Positions 61,195 to 64,000 of a DNA stretch of 64,000 nucleotides are shown here, in pieces. Source of the DNA: Pelagomonas calceolata (taxonomy: Eukaryota); the NCBI GenBank assembly GCA_918797485.1, contig CAKKNE010000001.1:3658001-3722000 (forward strand), written 5' to 3'. Numbering within the stretch: the stretch's first letter is position 1; each line of letters opens with the position of its first letter. A program made the translations under genes and the position numbers. Under the pieces are notes generated by a model. It saw only the letters and a list, made by a program, of their open reading frames with translations. It did not search any database and was not told the DNA's origin.

Positions 61195-63276
61195 TTAGAC
61201 TATGACCTCTTCTCCGGCGGGCTCGTCGTACTCGCGGAGCAGGACCCTTAAATCTTCGGCAGGAAGTTGATAAATGGAGCAGGTCCGGACGGCGTGCCGC
61301 CGGATCTCGGCAAGTGGCGCGCCGAAGGCCTTCATCGACACGCAGAACGCCGCGAGCTGCGCGTGCACGCACAGATGCACGCGCCGCGCCGCGTCGCGCG
61401 CGTCAGGCGAGAACAGGAGGTCGCCGTGGCGGTCCCCCTCCAACCGCGACGCGTCGACGGCGTCCAGAACCGCCGAGGCCGTCGACCGCTCCCAGAACTG
61501 TTGCGAGGCCCAGGTCTCGTGCTGGGCCAGCAGGTCGCCGAGGTATAGCCGCTCATCGCGCGCGCCCTCGCCGTGGTCCACGTAAAACGTCTGTGCCAAC
61601 ATCGCAAGCACCGCGGGGGCCCGCACGTCGTTCGCCCGCGCGCAGGCGTCCAGGCACGCGAGGCATACCCTTGCTAAAGCTCGGAGCCGCAGCGCGTCCG
61701 GTAGGGCCGTCTGCCGACTCCGTTGTCTGTTGAGCGCCCGGATGACCGCGGCCGCTCTTGCTCCCGCCGCTGGTGCCGCTCGCTCCGTGGAAAATGCGAA
61801 GCGGTCGCCCTGGCTCACGTAGGCGACGACGCGATCGGCGACGGCGTCCGGCTCAGACAAAGGCGGCGCGGGCGGCGCGTCGCCCAGCAAGCCCTCGAGC
61901 GCACCGCCGACCGTTTCAACGGCATCGTCCAGCGATTGGGAGGCCTGCTCGACGAGGCTGACGCGCGGCTCGACCGGAGCCTCGTCGTCGACGGCAGCTG
62001 TCGACGAGCGGCGCTTAGCCTCGGCCGTCGCGGCGACTTCGACGGGCGGCGGCGACGCCGCGCCGGCGTCAGCGTCAGAAAAGAGCGACCGCAGCGCCGC
62101 GTCGACGTCTGACTCGAGGGCGGGCCCGGCGCCGGTGTGGATATCGCCGGCCTCGCGCCGCCGCGTCGCGTCGCGTAGCAGTCCTAATGCCTTGGCCACG
62201 CGCGTGGGCGGCGGGCGGCGCGGCGGCGCGGCGCGTGCCTCCGCGGCGTCCAGCGCGGCATCCAACGCGTCCAGCTTGAGCCGTCGCGCGTCCGAGGCGG
62301 CACGCTCTGCTGCGGAGATCGCTCGCAATGCCCCAAGGACGCGCGGCGCCGCGAGGGAACTTCGCAGCTCGCGCAGAGCTACGGACGCCACGGCCTCGGC
62401 CCGCTCACTTTGGTCCAAGGCCTGGATCGCGCCATCCGCCGCCGCGGCTACTTCGCCCCGCGCATGGCCCGACAGCCTCGCGCTTTCTCGCGCTTTCTCT
62501 CCACATCGGCGTTCGTGCGTCCGAGCGCGATCCCGCGCCAGCGCAGCCGCTCGCGCAACCTCCTGGGTTACCTCCGCGCGCGCGTTCGCCTCGGCCGCCT
62601 CCGTGGCGCCTCGCGCGTCCTCCGCGTCCTCCGATGCTTTGCGCGCGGCCTCGTCGGCGCGCACGAGGGCCGCACGGCGACTCGCCAGCTGAGACTCGGC
62701 GGTTCGCGCAGCACCACGTGCATTGGTTAGTAATGCGTGCGCCTCTCGTAGACTGGCGTTCGCTTCGGCCGCGTCCGCGCCCAGTGCACGCCGCAGGGAC
62801 TCGTAGGCGCGCGCTGTCTCGTCGTCGTGTCTCGCGCCGTCGGCCGCCAACGCCGCCAACGCACTGAGAGCGCTATCGACGCCGTCTGCGGCCGGCTCGT
62901 CCAAGCGCTGGTCCTCGTCGGGCGTCAGCGGCCAGCGCCGGGGCCGCGCCGTCGCGGCGTCCGCGAGTGGCGCAGCCGCGGAGGACCACTCGCCTCTGGC
63001 ATGCGATGCCTGGCGCGCCGCGGCGAACTGCTCGAGCGCCTGCAGCGCGGCGTGGCCGCGCACGGCCCCGCTTATCGAGCATTCCACGGCCGCGGCGCTG
63101 CACTCGAGCTCGGGCTCCTCCGCCACGGCTTTCCGCGCGCCGACGACGCGCCAGACCTCGGTGCCGCTCCCCGCATAGGCAGCAGCCTGTGCGAGCTCAT
63201 CTATGCCGAGCCATCTTGTAGCGTTGGAGCTCGCGTCGCGGACGTCTGCTACGGCGTCTCGGAGCCGACCCAGCAT
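61195..63276 (-). CDS. Coiled-coil (BAR-like) protein with a C-terminal SBF2-like domain
   Basis: Long helical region; LNRQRS..CLACLD..MLAQTFY..YL..H..W...FWE pattern; start placed at ATG 63276. Confidence 0.6.
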   Translation of the reverse strand: MLGRLRDAVADVRDASSNATRWLGIDELAQAAAYAGSGTEVWRVVGARKAVAEEPELECSAAAVECSISGAVRGHAALQALEQFAAARQASHARGEWSSAAAPLADAATARPRRWPLTPDEDQRLDEPAADGVDSALSALAALAADGARHDDETARAYESLRRALGADAAEANASLREAHALLTNARGAARTAESQLASRRAALVRADEAARKASEDAEDARGATEAAEANARAEVTQEVARAAALARDRARTHERRCGEKARESARLSGHARGEVAAAADGAIQALDQSERAEAVASVALRELRSSLAAPRVLGALRAISAAERAASDARRLKLDALDAALDAAEARAAPPRRPPPTRVAKALGLLRDATRRREAGDIHTGAGPALESDVDAALRSLFSDADAGAASPPPVEVAATAEAKRRSSTAAVDDEAPVEPRVSLVEQASQSLDDAVETVGGALEGLLGDAPPAPPLSEPDAVADRVVAYVSQGDRFAFSTERAAPAAGARAAAVIRALNRQRSRQTALPDALRLRALARVCLACLDACARANDVRAPAVLAMLAQTFYVDHGEGARDERLYLGDLLAQHETWASQQFWERSTASAVLDAVDASRLEGDRHGDLLFSPDARDAARRVHLCVHAQLAAFCVSMKAFGAPLAEIRRHAVRTCSIYQLPAEDLRVLLREYDEPAGEEVIV

Positions 63277-63423
63277 AATGTGATAACTCCTCCTATGAAT
63301 GCTCAAGGTGATGCGTCGAAAGCTGTCGAGATCGAAACTCTGAACGTCTAGAAAGCTTCAGAGCTCGCCAATGCGCAGGGCTGCGCCTCGCACAGCAAAA
63401 TAAAGCCCGGGGAGGTCAAGCAC

Positions 63424-63444
63424 CTAGCGCAAGTAACATACTAG
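63424..63444 (+). promoter_or_regulatory. CTAG element in divergent promoter
   Basis: CTAG CGCAAGTAACATA CTAG. Confidence 0.7.
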
Positions 63445-63584
63445 AAAAAAACTTTGGTCTCTCGCTGGACGGGTGCCAATCTTGAGCCAACGCGGAGCCG
63501 AACGTGTGTTTTTTTCAGTGTTGCGCGCTGCCTTAATCGCGCAGGCCGCTTGTTGAGAGCTCTGAGCTCGGCTATCACTCGGCC

Positions 63585-64000
63585 ATGGTGCCTGCCGAGA
63601 TTTTTACTGCCGCGGAGCGATGCGCTGGCGACGATGAGTTTTTGCAACAGATACGGACCTGGTTGGACAGCGGAGGAGACGTCAACGATTCTGGGGGCAA
63701 CAGTTGGCACCGACAAGATTTATGTCTCCTGAGCCGAAGCAATCACCCGCATCTCACCAAGTTTCTGTTAGAGCGCGGTGCTGACGTGAATTGTGTCAAT
63801 GAGAGCGGGATGACCCCATTGTACTATAGTTGCGGGATCCCAAATCGTGGGGGAACTGATATAATTAACATGCTGCTGGATGCCGGCGCCAACATAGATG
63901 CCAAGACAACGGAAGCGGTTGGGGCCGTTGCGATAGCGGGGGAGACGGCGTTAAGCACTTCATTGGACTGGTTCCGGCACGAAGATGGAAAAACTGCCCT
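63585..64000 (+). CDS. Ankyrin-repeat protein (runs off the window end)
   Basis: Own translation: FLLERGADVNCVNESGMTPLYY..MLLDAGANIDA..GETAL; frame open to 64000. Confidence 0.8.
   Translation, partial: MVPAEIFTAAERCAGDDEFLQQIRTWLDSGGDVNDSGGNSWHRQDLCLLSRSNHPHLTKFLLERGADVNCVNESGMTPLYYSCGIPNRGGTDIINMLLDAGANIDAKTTEAVGAVAIAGETALSTSLDWFRHEDGKTA

Noticed and set aside
76..63444. CTAG elements as Helitron 3' ends
   Set aside because: No consistent subterminal GC hairpin or shared upstream body; positions track gene 5' ends instead.

Overview
GC-rich, gene-dense, intron-poor eukaryotic DNA, most likely from a pelagophyte alga (Pelagomonas/Aureococcus-like). That call rests on bipartite plastid-targeting leaders, DUF285 and MYND-RING-TPR family members, and GC-AG introner-type introns; it is an inference and was not checked by a search. 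There are about 42 protein-coding genes, mostly in alternating head-to-head and tail-to-tail pairs. They include hemA, NSF, a Rac GTPase, FKBP19, TVP23, a syntaxin, a PH-SNAP25 SNARE, an LPA1-like gene, PCD, four glycosyltransferases and two DUF285 surface proteins. The strongest unexplained signal is a 20-23 bp bipartite element, CTAG-CG-N3-5-GTAA-S-A-Y-A-CTAG. It occurs about 19 times, always intergenic in my reading, and typically once per divergent promoter. The second signal is a family of short introns built like non-autonomous DNA transposons (introners): an 8-nt target-duplication-like donor segment, a terminal inverted repeat CTGTGTGGAAATCAA...TTGATTTCCACACAG, and mostly GC donors. 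Also present are a small dispersed or MITE-like repeat in 3' intergenic regions, two ORF-less 0.9-1.5 kb islands, and several unusual domain architectures. No rRNA, tRNA or CRISPR array was recognised.
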